Positions 52,726 through 62,278 of a DNA stretch of 64,000 bases are shown in pieces. A program made the position numbers and the translations under genes. This stretch comes from a virus. Within the stretch, counting starts at the first letter, position 1; each line of letters opens with the position of its first letter. The notes below the pieces were generated by a model. That model was not told the origin of the DNA, did no database searches, and saw nothing but the letters and a program-made list of their open reading frames with translations. The stretch is from positions 822-64,821 of the IMG/VR virus record IMGVR_UViG_3300044698_000251; one strand, given 5' to 3'.

Positions 52726-53671
52726 ATGAGCCCCGCACCCGCCCTCCGACTTCTCAGCCTCGGCGCCGGAGTCCAATCCACCACCGTCCTCATGCTCGCC
52801 GCCGAGGGCCGCCTCCCCAAGCTGGACGGCGCGATCTTCTCCGACACCCAGTGGGAACCCGGCACCGTCTACGCCCACCTCGACCGCCTGGAACGGGAGA
52901 TCGCCCAGCCCGCTGGAATCCCCATCTACCGCGTCACCGAAGGCAGCATCCGCAACGACGCCCTCGACCCCGCCCACCGCTTCGCCTCGATGCCGCTGTT
53001 CATCAAGAACCAGGACGGCGGCGACGGCATGACCCGACGCCAGTGCTCGAACGAGTACAAGGTCAAGCCGATCAAGAAGAAGACCCGGCAGCTCCTCGGC
53101 TACCCGCACCCGGTCCCGGTCCCGCGCGGCGTGTACGTCGAGCAGTGGATCGGTATCAGCCGCGACGAGATCGGCCGCGCCAAGGACGCCGACGTGCTGT
53201 ACATGCGCAACGCGTTCCCGCTGCTTGACCTCACGGGGGGGGGCGGACGGAATGCAGGGCTGGACGCGCGACGACTGCATTCGGTACCTGCGGGCCAACG
53301 GCTTCGCGTCCACGCCGAAGAGTGCGTGCATCGGGTGCCCGTTCCACGGCAATGCCCAGTGGCGGCGGATGCGGGACGAGGCGCCTGCCGACTGGGCGGA
53401 CGCGGTGGCCTTCGACGCGGAGATCCGGTCGGGCAACGCCCGGGGCAACGCGGTGGGCAAGCCGCTGCTCGGCGAGGCGTACCTCCACCGCTCCCGGCTT
53501 CCGCTCGATCAGGCGCCGATCGACCGGGTCACGGCGCACGAGTGGGCGTCCAAGCAGACCGACATCTTCGGCCAGATCGCTGACATCGAACTCGAAGAAG
53601 GCGACGCGGACGGCTGCTCTCCCTGGGCGTGCCGCTCCGGACAACCCGTCACCGTCGACGACGCCGCCTGA
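52726..53671 (+). pseudogene. PAPS-reductase / adenine-nucleotide alpha-hydrolase-like gene split by a frameshift in a G9 tract
   Basis: LSLGAGVQS, FSDTQWE, RQC..YKVKPI, WIGIS.DE in one frame; PKSACIGCPFH, YLHRS..PL in another; removing one G from 53235-53243 gives one 314-aa ORF. Confidence 0.75.
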
Positions 53672-53809
53672 TCCCCGCCCCGCCTCGTAGCCCACTGTTC
53701 CCGTTTCCCGGGCTTCCAGTGGCCGTCACGCGCCCGCACAGGGCCGGAAGGCGGCTCGGGTGGCGCGAGCCCGCTCACAGAGCCCCCACAGCCCCGAGGA
53801 GGGCCCCGC

Positions 53810-54058
53810 ATGACGAACACCGAACCGACCACCCCCGCAGACCGGTGGGATCCCCCGCGCCGCGAACGCCCCCACCGGCGCACCGGTCCCGGCGGCCTCA
53901 CCCCGGCACAGCTCGCTCTCGCCGACGACCTCCACACCCGGGCCCTCGCCTTGCGGGCCGCATCCGAGGAGGGCCTGTCGATCCGTGAGGCCGTGCATCT
54001 GGCGGCCGTTCAGCTCGGGCTGGAGCAGCCGGGCGCTGGCGACATCGGAACTCCGTAG
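53810..54058 (+). CDS. Hypothetical protein
   Basis: GAGGAGG RBS. Confidence 0.55.
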   Translation: MTNTEPTTPADRWDPPRRERPHRRTGPGGLTPAQLALADDLHTRALALRAASEEGLSIREAVHLAAVQLGLEQPGAGDIGTP

Positions 54059-54212
54059 CCGTCCCGCTGCCTGAGTCCGCACTGTGGCGGCTCTGGCGGC
54101 TTTCGGGGGCGCCGCTCCGTCGGGGGTGCTCCTGGAGCTTCTCAGGGCCACACAGCGGCTCGCGTGTGCAGACCGTCACATAGCTAGCAAATCTCAACGA
54201 AAGGACCCATCG

Positions 54213-54506
54213 ATGCCCGACCTCCACCTGATCATCAGCCCGCCCCCGCCCGGCGAATGGCACGGCCGACTCGACGCCCTCGAAGCCCTCGAAGCCGCGG
54301 GCTGGACCGGCGACACCGACATGCCGCTCAGCATCCTGCGACACCCGTCCGGCGCCGTCTGGGCCGTCGCGAACGAAGTCGACGACTCCGGCCTCGAATG
54401 CCCGAACGGTGCCGTCATCGAGTTCCCCGGCAGCACCCCGACCGTCGTGATCGTCGCCGCTTGCCTCGCCGCTGCCGCCACACCCGACGAGGAGAGCACG
54501 CGATGA
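54213..54506 (+). CDS. Hypothetical protein
   Basis: AAAGGA RBS; LRHPSGAVW. Confidence 0.6.
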   Translation: MPDLHLIISPPPPGEWHGRLDALEALEAAGWTGDTDMPLSILRHPSGAVWAVANEVDDSGLECPNGAVIEFPGSTPTVVIVAACLAAAATPDEESTR

Positions 54507-55009
54507 CCGTCCGCACCCACACCCCCGACCGGATCACCGTCGACGCCGACGGCCGCACCACCACCACGATCAAAGTCCAACGCGCCTGCAACGGCTGCTC
54601 CCAGATGCTCGGCGACATCACCGAGCAGGAGATGAACGCCGCGATCGCCGGACTGCCGCAGGGCGACGTCCGTACCGAATGCGAACACTGCAAGCCACTC
54701 GTCGAGTTGGAAGCGCAGGGCTGCAAGACGTGGCAGCTCACCCCGCGCAACATCACGCAGATCGACGACGCCGTCGACTGCGACGGCCACTACGCCAAGG
54801 GCTACTTCGAGTGGGACCGGACCGGCGGCAAGACCGTCTGCGTCGGGCTCCGCATCGGCGTCGGCGAGTCCCGCATCGTCGCCCGCTACGGCGACCACCT
54901 CATCCGCCGCCCCGACGGGACCTGGACCGTCCACCCGGCGCCCACCAGCGGGGACCGGTCTGCGGATTCTTCGCATCCGCAACCCGCTACCGAGGGGGTG
55001 CAGCAGTGA
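54503..55009 (+). CDS. Cys-containing hypothetical protein
   Basis: RACNGC..LGD; ECEHC; ATGA coupling. Confidence 0.65.
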   Translation: MTVRTHTPDRITVDADGRTTTTIKVQRACNGCSQMLGDITEQEMNAAIAGLPQGDVRTECEHCKPLVELEAQGCKTWQLTPRNITQIDDAVDCDGHYAKGYFEWDRTGGKTVCVGLRIGVGESRIVARYGDHLIRRPDGTWTVHPAPTSGDRSADSSHPQPATEGVQQ

Positions 55010-55197
55010 GCCCGCAGCGTCGCCCGCAGGCCCGGCAACTCCTCACCCGGCAGTCCGAGGCGATCCTCGCCGCCCGCTACCCGGGGCAGGTACGGGCCGC
55101 CGTCATCGAGCGGGCGCTACGGCGGATGGCGGCAGCCGACGAGAGAGCTGAACGGAAAGCACTGCGAGCCGCTCCACGTGACCCACAAAACATCTGA
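55006..55197 (+). CDS. Hypothetical protein
   Basis: GTGA coupling. Confidence 0.5.
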   Translation: MSPQRRPQARQLLTRQSEAILAARYPGQVRAAVIERALRRMAAADERAERKALRAAPRDPQNI

Positions 55198-55229
55198 TAG
55201 CGCCACAACTCGCCCTGAAAGATGAGAAA

Positions 55230-55439
55230 ATGGAGCCCTCCAGTGTCGGCGAACCCGCCCGATGCGCCGGCTGCAAACGGCCGCTGAAACACCAGTCGCC
55301 ATCCGGCTACGGGCCCGTCTGCCACCAACGCATCCACGGCGGCACGGGAGCTCGGGCACGACTCCCACGGCCCGCCCCGTCCGCCGGCATTCCCGGCCAA
55401 GACGAACTACCGGACGAAGAGCAACTCACCCTCTGCTGA
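55230..55439 (+). CDS. DUF6011-like small zinc-binding protein
   Basis: CAGCKRPL...SGYGPVC. Confidence 0.55.
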   Translation: MEPSSVGEPARCAGCKRPLKHQSPSGYGPVCHQRIHGGTGARARLPRPAPSAGIPGQDELPDEEQLTLC

Positions 55440-55458
55440 ACGACCAGGAGCGCATCCC

Positions 55459-55929
55459 GTGACCGACCTCCCGCTCAACACCGAAGCCGCCAACCGCACC
55501 GCGATCCTGCGAGAAGCAGCCGACACGGTGGACGCCACCCCCTACCCCAGCGGGTTCACCGCCGGGTTCGACAAGGGCGCCCGCTGGGCCACCGGCCTGC
55601 TGCGTCAGATGCCCGACGAGGCGCAGCAGCTCAAGACGGAACGTCGCCGTCTCACGCCGAACGAGCACAGCGCTGCCTGGCACGCCATCGAAGGTTCGGC
55701 GGGCGAGGAAGGCGCTGACGCGGGCACGATCCTGCACGCCGTCCTCGACCGCCTCGGCATCGACGCGCCCGACGAGTACGCGCGGGAGGCGGGCGAGCAG
55801 CAGCAGGCCGAGCGCGAGCCCTGCGGTGAAGGTCACTGCCACTGCTACGGCGCGGGTGCCGAACACGCGGACTGCGCGTGCGGATGCGACTGCCCCCGCG
55901 ACGACGACGGGCAGCTCATCGACGACTGA
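55459..55929 (+). CDS. Hypothetical protein
   Basis: AGGAG RBS; C-terminal Cys cluster CHC..CACGCDC. Confidence 0.6.
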   Translation: MTDLPLNTEAANRTAILREAADTVDATPYPSGFTAGFDKGARWATGLLRQMPDEAQQLKTERRRLTPNEHSAAWHAIEGSAGEEGADAGTILHAVLDRLGIDAPDEYAREAGEQQQAEREPCGEGHCHCYGAGAEHADCACGCDCPRDDDGQLIDD

Positions 55930-55940
55930 CCGCACACGAA

Positions 55941-55975
55941 CCGGCCGCCCCGCGTTCGATCCGCGCGGCGGCCGG
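55941..55975 (+). repeat. ACGAA-preceded GC hairpin before RBS
   Basis: CCGGCCGCC...GGCGGCCGG. Confidence 0.7.
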
Positions 55976-56010
55976 CCCGCCCAAATTCTCACCCACCCAG
56001 GAGCCACACC

Positions 56011-57141
56011 GTGACCACCGAGCCTGACCTGACCGAGACGCAGAAGGCGTACAACGTCGCCCAGTACGAGATGTTCCAGCTCGCCGCCTACGGACACTGC
56101 ACCTACACCAACGGCGAACTGCTCACCGCCGAGGGCAAACGCCAGCAGGCCGACTACAACGACCGCATCCGCAGGGCGCGCGAGGAGCTGGAAGCCGCGG
56201 TCCTGCGGCTCGTGGCCGAGCACGCGGAGACGTTCGCCAACAGCCGCTTCGTGTCGGCGGACTGGCTGCGGTCGCTGGCCGATGACCCGGCCATACTGTC
56301 GCTGCTGGCGGTGCGGCCGGACGAGCGGGAGCCTGTCGCGTCTGTCGGGTCTGCGCCTGCCACCGACCGGGCCGCGCTCTCCGCGAAGCTGTGGGCGATC
56401 GCCGAGCACCACATCGTCGCCGAATGGATCTGCTGCGAGCCGCTGAAGCCGGGGCACAAGCTGTGCGCCAAGGGCTACGCCGCGCTCGGCATGGTCAAGA
56501 CGCTCCTCGTGGACGGCGATCCGGAGAAGACGTGGAACCCGAGCGCGCCGCTGCTGGACGCGGTCCTGTCCGTGCTGCCCGCGAGCAGCGACCGGGCGGC
56601 CGAGCTGAGCCCCGTCGAACGCACGATGCTGGTCTACGCCCTCGACCAGGCCCAGGAAAAGATCTGGTCCGAGGATGGCTTCACCGACGAGGACCAGGCC
56701 GCAGTCACCTCGCTGCGCCGGAGGGCCGACGAGACGTCACGGGCCGAGACGCAGGACAGCGAAGCGCACCCGGCCGAGCACACATGGGCCGCCGAGCTCC
56801 ACGACCCGCTCGCCGACGAGTGGGTTCCCGGCACCCGGTACATCACCCGCGACCGCGCCGTGAACGCCCTCACCCACGCCCGCGCGATCGGACCGACGTG
56901 GAAGGACGGCACCCCGACCGAGCGCCGTCTGGTGCGTGCGACGACGACGTACACCGTCGAGCGCGCTGCCGTGGCGCAGCCCGAGACGGAGATCATCCAC
57001 GGCTGCCCGCCGGACGGTTCCGGTCTCACCCCGTGCTGCGGCCGGACCCCGTTCGAACTCCCGCGCAAGGACCGGATCAGCAGCGAGGCACCCGTCACCT
57101 GCCCGGCCGCTGCCCCGGCGCAGCCCGCCGAGGAGGCCTGA
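56011..57141 (+). CDS. Mosaic hypothetical protein
   Basis: AGGAG RBS; modular segments, C-terminal HGCPPDGSGLTPCCGRTPFELP. Confidence 0.65.
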   Translation: MTTEPDLTETQKAYNVAQYEMFQLAAYGHCTYTNGELLTAEGKRQQADYNDRIRRAREELEAAVLRLVAEHAETFANSRFVSADWLRSLADDPAILSLLAVRPDEREPVASVGSAPATDRAALSAKLWAIAEHHIVAEWICCEPLKPGHKLCAKGYAALGMVKTLLVDGDPEKTWNPSAPLLDAVLSVLPASSDRAAELSPVERTMLVYALDQAQEKIWSEDGFTDEDQAAVTSLRRRADETSRAETQDSEAHPAEHTWAAELHDPLADEWVPGTRYITRDRAVNALTHARAIGPTWKDGTPTERRLVRATTTYTVERAAVAQPETEIIHGCPPDGSGLTPCCGRTPFELPRKDRISSEAPVTCPAAAPAQPAEEA

Positions 57142-57145
57142 CCTC

Positions 57146-57292
57146 ATGGCGCTCTGCCCCGACTGCGACACCGTCATCCCCTGCCACTGCCACCTCGTAC
57201 CGCCCGTCCAGATCCGGCCCGGTGTGTACCCGGCAGGCGACCGGCCGATCGTCACCGCGCGCATCGAACTCCCCGCCGAGGACTCGTCGTGA
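57146..57292 (+). CDS. Small Cys-rich protein
   Basis: GAGGAGG RBS; CPDC..CHC. Confidence 0.5.
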   Translation: MALCPDCDTVIPCHCHLVPPVQIRPGVYPAGDRPIVTARIELPAEDSS

Positions 57293-57519
57293 TGGATCTG
57301 TTCGTGTACCTCGCCTGCGTGGTCGCGATCGCCGCACTCGCATGCGGGCACCAGGGCCAGGACTTCCCGATACGGCTAGGCGGGGCCTGGCGGTACCTCA
57401 CAGCAGCCCGGACGGGTTGGCACGGGTTCCGCGATGCCGGAGTACCCGAACGAGCCACAGACGCCCGCGTAGCCCATTCACGCCCCTCGTGGGCCCAACC
57501 CGACAAGGACGCAGCGTGA
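57289..57519 (+). CDS. Small membrane-anchored protein
   Basis: GTGA coupling; N-terminal TM. Confidence 0.5.
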   Translation: MMDLFVYLACVVAIAALACGHQGQDFPIRLGGAWRYLTAARTGWHGFRDAGVPERATDARVAHSRPSWAQPDKDAA

Positions 57520-57782
57520 CCTGCACCAGAAACCACGCCCAAGGCACCGCAACCGAACCCGTGCACGAAGTCCGCCTCGTCCGCGTCAAGCGCGCCCCCA
57601 CCTCCCACGCGCTGCACCGCCTGCGCCGCTGGAGGTGGGACCTGAAGACCTACACCCCCAACCCGATCGACACCCGACCGCTCATGGTCACCGGCGGCGG
57701 ACACGAACTCGGCTACACGTTCACCCGCTGGGGAGCCCTGCGCGGCATCGCCCGCGCGATCGACACGGCCCGCGCCAACTGA
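57516..57782 (+). CDS. Hypothetical protein
   Basis: GTGA coupling; GYTFTRWGALR. Confidence 0.55.
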   Translation: MTCTRNHAQGTATEPVHEVRLVRVKRAPTSHALHRLRRWRWDLKTYTPNPIDTRPLMVTGGGHELGYTFTRWGALRGIARAIDTARAN

Positions 57783-57857
57783 CCTTCGCGCGCCGGGCCT
57801 TCACCGGCCCGGCGCCCGTACAGCGCCCCGATGGGCGCGCAACCCGAAAGGCACCCT

Positions 57858-58148
57858 GTGACTACACCCACCGACGAACGCGATCGTCTCGCCGAGCAGC
57901 GGTCCATCGCCCTCGACTACCTCGACTCCCTCGACGGCCAGAAGATCACCGAAACAGACCGGCAGCGACTCCTGCGGATCCTCGACGACGGCCGCCTCAA
58001 CGGACCCGTCTGCGGCAAAACCCAGGCCGTCGACGGCACCACCTACCCGCCCTGCGCCCGCCCCGCCGCACACCACGAGGCCTACTGCCGCGACGCCACG
58101 CGCAACGCCTACTTCATCGCCGCTGGGCAGACCGACGCCCCTGCCTGA
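57858..58148 (+). CDS. Hypothetical protein
   Basis: AAAGG RBS; CGK..PPCARP..HHEAYC. Confidence 0.55.
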   Translation: MTTPTDERDRLAEQRSIALDYLDSLDGQKITETDRQRLLRILDDGRLNGPVCGKTQAVDGTTYPPCARPAAHHEAYCRDATRNAYFIAAGQTDAPA

Positions 58149-58163
58149 CCTCCGGAGGAACCC

Positions 58164-58424
58164 ATGACCCACACCCGAGTCCACGTCTACGTCGAGTTCG
58201 CGAACCCCTACCTGCAATGCGGCCTCTGCCACGCATGGATCACCGGCTGGCACAACCCCGACAAGTGCGGCTGCAACGGCCACCTCTGGAACCAGCCCTG
58301 CGGCCACGAAGCCGAACTCAAGGACGCCTGCCCGTCGTGGTCTCCGGTCGACGGCTGCACCTGCCTGCAAGTCCTCGGCTCCGTCGACCACGCCGAGCCG
58401 CCCGCGAAGGAGGCGCAGCGATGA
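58164..58424 (+). CDS. Cys-rich hypothetical protein
   Basis: GGAGG RBS; seven or more Cys, CPSWSPVDGCTC. Confidence 0.65.
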   Translation: MTHTRVHVYVEFANPYLQCGLCHAWITGWHNPDKCGCNGHLWNQPCGHEAELKDACPSWSPVDGCTCLQVLGSVDHAEPPAKEAQR

Positions 58425-58492
58425 CCGACCGCCACGACCCCGAACCCGACGACGAAGACAACGAGCCCTGGTGCGCCGTACCGCGCCCATGA
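58421..58492 (+). CDS. 23-aa peptide
   Basis: AAGGAGG RBS; ATGA overlaps at both ends. Confidence 0.45.
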   Translation: MTDRHDPEPDDEDNEPWCAVPRP

Positions 58493-58665
58493 CCGGGCAG
58501 CTCGCCCTCGACGACTGCACGCCCGACTGGACTGCGGCCGAACCGCAACCGCAGCGGCAGTCCGCCGGCACCCGCTACTACCCCAGCGTCCTGAGCGACC
58601 TCCGAGGCCAACGCCTCCGCACCAGACGCATCGTCACGATCCCGACCATCGGGGAGTACCTATGA
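58489..58665 (+). CDS. Hypothetical protein
   Basis: ATGA coupling. Confidence 0.5.
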   Translation: MTGQLALDDCTPDWTAAEPQPQRQSAGTRYYPSVLSDLRGQRLRTRRIVTIPTIGEYL

Positions 58666-59789
58666 CCCGCGAGCACACGCCGAAACCCGGCGCCACCTGG
58701 GACCGCCCCCGCACCGAGGTCGTCATCCCCGACGACGCACCCGACCCCCGACCCGGCCGCGCCGAACGACGCGCCCTCGCCCGCGCAGCACGAAGGGATC
58801 AACCGGTGACCAAGCAGCCGCTCCCGTCGATCAACGCCCGCGACATCCGCGGCCACTGCCCGGCCTGCGGGCATCCCACCCTGCAAGTCGGCGAGGGTGG
58901 ACACCTCGTGTGCGTGCTGATGGACTGCCCGAAACCCGAGGCCGCAGACGAACTACTGCACGGCGTACCCGCGTGCAACGCGCCCGGCCCATGGGGCGAC
59001 GCACACACCTGCCAGCTCCCGGCTGGGCACCGCGACGACCACAAGGCACACGACGGCTGCGGCTGGGTTGACGAGCAAGCCGCGGCACAGCATCCCGAGC
59101 CGGTCACCACCGAGCCCGCCTCGAACGACTGGCCGTCCCGCCGTGCCGGACTCCGCGACGACATCGCCGCCGCCCTCGAAGCCGCCGACTACAGCGGCAA
59201 CATGCGACGCGGCGACCTCGCCGACGCGATCATGCCCGTCTTCTACCGGGCATGGCCGTGGCTCCAAGCCGAAGCCGAAGACGCCGTTGACATCGCCCGA
59301 CTCCGCGCAGACAAGACCGCACTCCAAGCCGCACTCACCGACACCTTGACCGTCCGCCGCCAGCACATCGGCCGAATCACCCGACGTGCCGCAGAACTCG
59401 AAGCCGAACGCGACCGCCTGGCCACCGAACTCCGCTGGTACGCCGAAGCCGAGAGTGCCGACGCGGCGGCCGGCTCCTACGCACTGCGCGCCGAACACGC
59501 CGAGCAGCAACGCGACCAACTGGCCGACACCCTCCGCCAGGTCCTCGCCAAGTTCCATCCCGTCCACACCGCAGACCGGCGCACCGTCAAAGGACACACG
59601 GCCCGGGTCACACCCGCCGACCACGAGCGGTGGACCGCCATGCTCGGCCAGCAGCCCGAGCCGAGCCCGGCCGCCGCCATCGAAGTCCGCGACCCACGCC
59701 CCCGCTGCGAGGGATCGCCGACACTCATTCCACGCCAACTGATGGCCGACCACATGCGCGACACCCACCCCGAGGAGCAGCAGCCGTGA
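58662..59789 (+). CDS. Mosaic hypothetical protein
   Basis: GGGGAG RBS; Cys/His modules and coiled coil. Confidence 0.65.
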   Translation: MTREHTPKPGATWDRPRTEVVIPDDAPDPRPGRAERRALARAARRDQPVTKQPLPSINARDIRGHCPACGHPTLQVGEGGHLVCVLMDCPKPEAADELLHGVPACNAPGPWGDAHTCQLPAGHRDDHKAHDGCGWVDEQAAAQHPEPVTTEPASNDWPSRRAGLRDDIAAALEAADYSGNMRRGDLADAIMPVFYRAWPWLQAEAEDAVDIARLRADKTALQAALTDTLTVRRQHIGRITRRAAELEAERDRLATELRWYAEAESADAAAGSYALRAEHAEQQRDQLADTLRQVLAKFHPVHTADRRTVKGHTARVTPADHERWTAMLGQQPEPSPAAAIEVRDPRPRCEGSPTLIPRQLMADHMRDTHPEEQQP

Positions 59790-60049
59790 CCGCCTGGACA
59801 CCGCCCCCGCCCGGCAGCGACCGCGACAAACTCCCCGACCACCTGCTCGCCCTGATCGCCGACCGCATGCGGCCCTACCTGTCCACCGCATGCGAAACCG
59901 CGGCAGCCCTCGAAGCCGCCGGCCCTGCGAACCCCGGGCACGGTGACGAACTCCGGCAGTGGGCCGAACGCGAACACGCCTCCTGCCGCCTCACCCGCAA
60001 ACAGGACATGGCGCCGTGCAGCTGCCCGCATCACCGGGAGCAGCCGTGA
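59786..60049 (+). CDS. Hypothetical protein
   Basis: GTGA coupling; YLSTACE..HASCRLTRKQDMAPC.C.HH. Confidence 0.6.
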   Translation: MTAWTPPPPGSDRDKLPDHLLALIADRMRPYLSTACETAAALEAAGPANPGHGDELRQWAEREHASCRLTRKQDMAPCSCPHHREQP

Positions 60050-60234
60050 CCATCGAAGGCTGGGACGAAGACGACGACTGCACCGGGGACTGCTGCACCG
60101 AACCCGCGCGTCGGCCGCCGGACAGACCGAGGCTGCTCGCCCGCATCCGGGCCGTACTGCGCGAGCGGCCGTCGTTCCGTCGTCAGACCCGGCCGCTACC
60201 CTCGGCGGCCCGAGGCGTCAACTCACCGCCCTGA
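60046..60234 (+). CDS. Hypothetical protein
   Basis: GTGA coupling. Confidence 0.45.
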   Translation: MTIEGWDEDDDCTGDCCTEPARRPPDRPRLLARIRAVLRERPSFRRQTRPLPSAARGVNSPP

Positions 60235-60249
60235 GTGCTCGGACCGTCT

Positions 60250-60276
60250 GAAGCCCCGACATCCCGTCGGGGCTTC
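60250..60276. terminator. Terminator ending the rightward early operon
   Basis: GAAGCCCCGAC-ATCCC-GTCGGGGCTTC between convergent operons. Confidence 0.7.
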
Positions 60277-60520
60277 GGTCATGTCGCAGGGCGGAAACGC
60301 TGAAGGCCGGGCCCGTACGAGGGAGCCACCCTCTAGGCCCGGCCGTGCGAGGTTTCCCAACCCGTGTCCAGCACGCACAGTCCAGCACGGGCGCGCGGTC
60401 TCCGCCAGAAACCCCTACGGGCAGGGGATCCTGCCGTTGTCGGACCTGCGGCGTACGATCGTCCCGCGTCCCCGGTTCGTCTGGCTGGCCTCCGGGACGC
60501 GCTACTCCGCACAACGCGAA

Positions 60521-60547
60521 GACCCCCGTCATCCATCGACGGGGGTC
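60521..60547 (-). terminator. Terminator of the leftward block
   Basis: GACCCCCGTC-N7-GACGGGGGTC just downstream of the 60565 stop. Confidence 0.65.
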
Positions 60548-60564
60548 TCGCTGTATTCCGGCGA

Positions 60565-60981
60565 CTACGGGCGCCACGCCTCCTGGTAACCGGGCCGGTC
60601 CGCGTACGGGAGCGCAAGCATGGGCAGCAGGAAGTCTTGGTACTCCTCGGTCACATCGCCGATCAGGTCAGCCTCCTTCGAGGCGGCGCGTAGCTCCTCG
60701 TACCGCGCAAGGATCTCCCGTTTCGCGTCGATCTCCCGCAGCACCCGAGCCGGATCATGCTCCGCGACGTGCGGGCCCACGCCGTCAGCGTCGGCGTTCT
60801 CCGGGGTCACCGCCACGACGCCATCGCCCAGGTAATCCACGACGGTGTACCGCTCGTAACTCGCCCGGGGTGGGCGGGCGGTCCATACAGCTGACTGGTC
60901 GTCCCAGCATGCGGCGTGCGCGATCCGCTCGTCGGTGTTCAGCTGCTCGCCGAGCCACTGCACCAGATCCACACCGCTCAC
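60565..60981 (-). CDS. DUF6221-like actinophage protein
   Basis: DLVQWL..QL..DE, HVAEHDPARVLREIDAKREIL, LALPYADRPGY...WRP. Confidence 0.75.
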   Translation of the reverse strand: MSGVDLVQWLGEQLNTDERIAHAACWDDQSAVWTARPPRASYERYTVVDYLGDGVVAVTPENADADGVGPHVAEHDPARVLREIDAKREILARYEELRAASKEADLIGDVTEEYQDFLLPMLALPYADRPGYQEAWRP

Positions 60982-61244
60982 CGCTCCCACCCCGCTCCCT
61001 CGTCGCCGTCCATCCAGACGTAGTACTCGCTGCCCCCGCCACTCGTATGCCGCCCGTGATGCCCGCGCTCCTGGCAGTACACGCGGTCCGCCATCGGATC
61101 CTCCCGGAGCGTCGCCGCACACGGGGCGTCGGCCGGATACTCCTCGGCTTCCGGCCCCGGGGCGGGCGCGGTCAGCTCAACGACCTTCCCGCGTCGTCCC
61201 ATGCGGTCCAGCGCCTCACGGAGCTGCGGCGGTAGCTCACTCAT
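60978..61244 (-). CDS. Hypothetical protein
   Basis: AGGAGG RBS; C..RVYC..GHHGRH. Confidence 0.6.
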   Translation of the reverse strand: MSELPPQLREALDRMGRRGKVVELTAPAPGPEAEEYPADAPCAATLREDPMADRVYCQERGHHGRHTSGGGSEYYVWMDGDEGAGWER

Positions 61245-61265
61245 CTCAATCCTCCTGGGATTCAT

Positions 61266-62108
61266 CTAGGACACCGACCGCAGCCGGAAGCGGAACAGCC
61301 ACTCGGGAACGATCCCGCTGTCGCTGTGCGCGTAGTGCCGGATCGCGTACATCATGGCCAGCTCGTCGATCAGCCGAGACGCACCGACCTCTTGCAGCCG
61401 CTTCGGCCACTCGCCGTTCTCGATCTGCCTGATCGCCAAGTCGCGCTGCTTCCGGAAGATGGCTGGCCGCTTCCGTTCGAACTTCAACAGCCGGTCCCGC
61501 AGATACGTCTCGTCGGCTGCGCGGACCGTTTCGTAGCGGACCTGCAAGTCGACTTCGATCGCCGCCGCTTGATCTTGCTGGCCTGCCGCGCCCTCGCGAG
61601 CGGACGCGAGCGAGGAGGAGGATTGCAAGCCGCCTTCTTCCCACTCCGTTTTGCCGCCAGTCTTATCGACAGTCTTTGAAGTACTTGAGTGCTGGTGAGC
61701 CGAAGGCGGCTGGCCCGAAGTCCGGTTCACCGAAGACGGGTTCACCGAAGACGGCAAAGTCGCCTTCGGGGCATGCTGTGCGATCGCCTCGGGATCGGTC
61801 GACACGTAGGTGGTCGTCGACCACTGCCCGGTCTTCTCGTCGCGCCTCTTGTCGTGGACTATGAAGCCCTCGCGCTCCAGCTCCCGCATCGCGACGAGCA
61901 GCGCCTCGCGGCCTTCGGCAGGCACGCCCCGCTTCTTCGCCTCGGTGCCCATCTTGGCGAGCTTCGTGAGGGTGATGTCGTTGTTCGGCGGATAGCTGAT
62001 CAGGATCAGCAGCAGGCCGCGAGCCCGGACGCTGAGGTTCCAGCTACGCACGACGAGGTTGTCCATGCCGGTCCACCCGGTGTCGGGCAGGATGTTGACG
62101 ATCTTCAC
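61266..62108 (-). CDS. HTH-containing replication-initiator-like protein
   Basis: LSVRARGLLLIL.S, AMRELEREGFI, GQW..TTYVS, SVNP repeats. Confidence 0.55.
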   Translation of the reverse strand: MKIVNILPDTGWTGMDNLVVRSWNLSVRARGLLLILISYPPNNDITLTKLAKMGTEAKKRGVPAEGREALLVAMRELEREGFIVHDKRRDEKTGQWSTTTYVSTDPEAIAQHAPKATLPSSVNPSSVNRTSGQPPSAHQHSSTSKTVDKTGGKTEWEEGGLQSSSSLASAREGAAGQQDQAAAIEVDLQVRYETVRAADETYLRDRLLKFERKRPAIFRKQRDLAIRQIENGEWPKRLQEVGASRLIDELAMMYAIRHYAHSDSGIVPEWLFRFRLRSVS

Positions 62109-62246
62109 TCGGCAGCTCCACCCCACTGGTTGGGCTGCCTGTTGATCTGTACAGTCATATGGAGTGCTCGACTTTCCAGCGTTGGCTGAGCACGGACCGG
62201 ACCTAATGGGTCCGACGCAACGGGGTTGGCGCCCCGCTTAAGCGAA

Positions 62247-62278
62247 ACGGCCGGATGGATTCGCCCCCATCCGGCCGT
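62247..62278 (-). terminator. Hairpin downstream of leftward HTH gene
   Basis: ACGGCCGGATGG-N8-CCATCCGGCCGT; TTT follows on the minus strand. Confidence 0.65.

Noticed and set aside
59773-60050. Short direct repeat GAGCAGCCGTGACC-like at two consecutive gene junctions
   Set aside because: Explained by RBS plus GTGA translational coupling
61700-61760. Tandem TTCACCGAAGACGG repeat
   Set aside because: Encodes a PSSVN linker repeat in the protein; only two copies, too few to call iterons
62105-62158. 17-aa minus-strand ORF MTVQINRQPNQWGGAAE overlapping the start of 61266..62108
   Set aside because: No RBS and no clear promoter; could be a leader peptide but is unsupported
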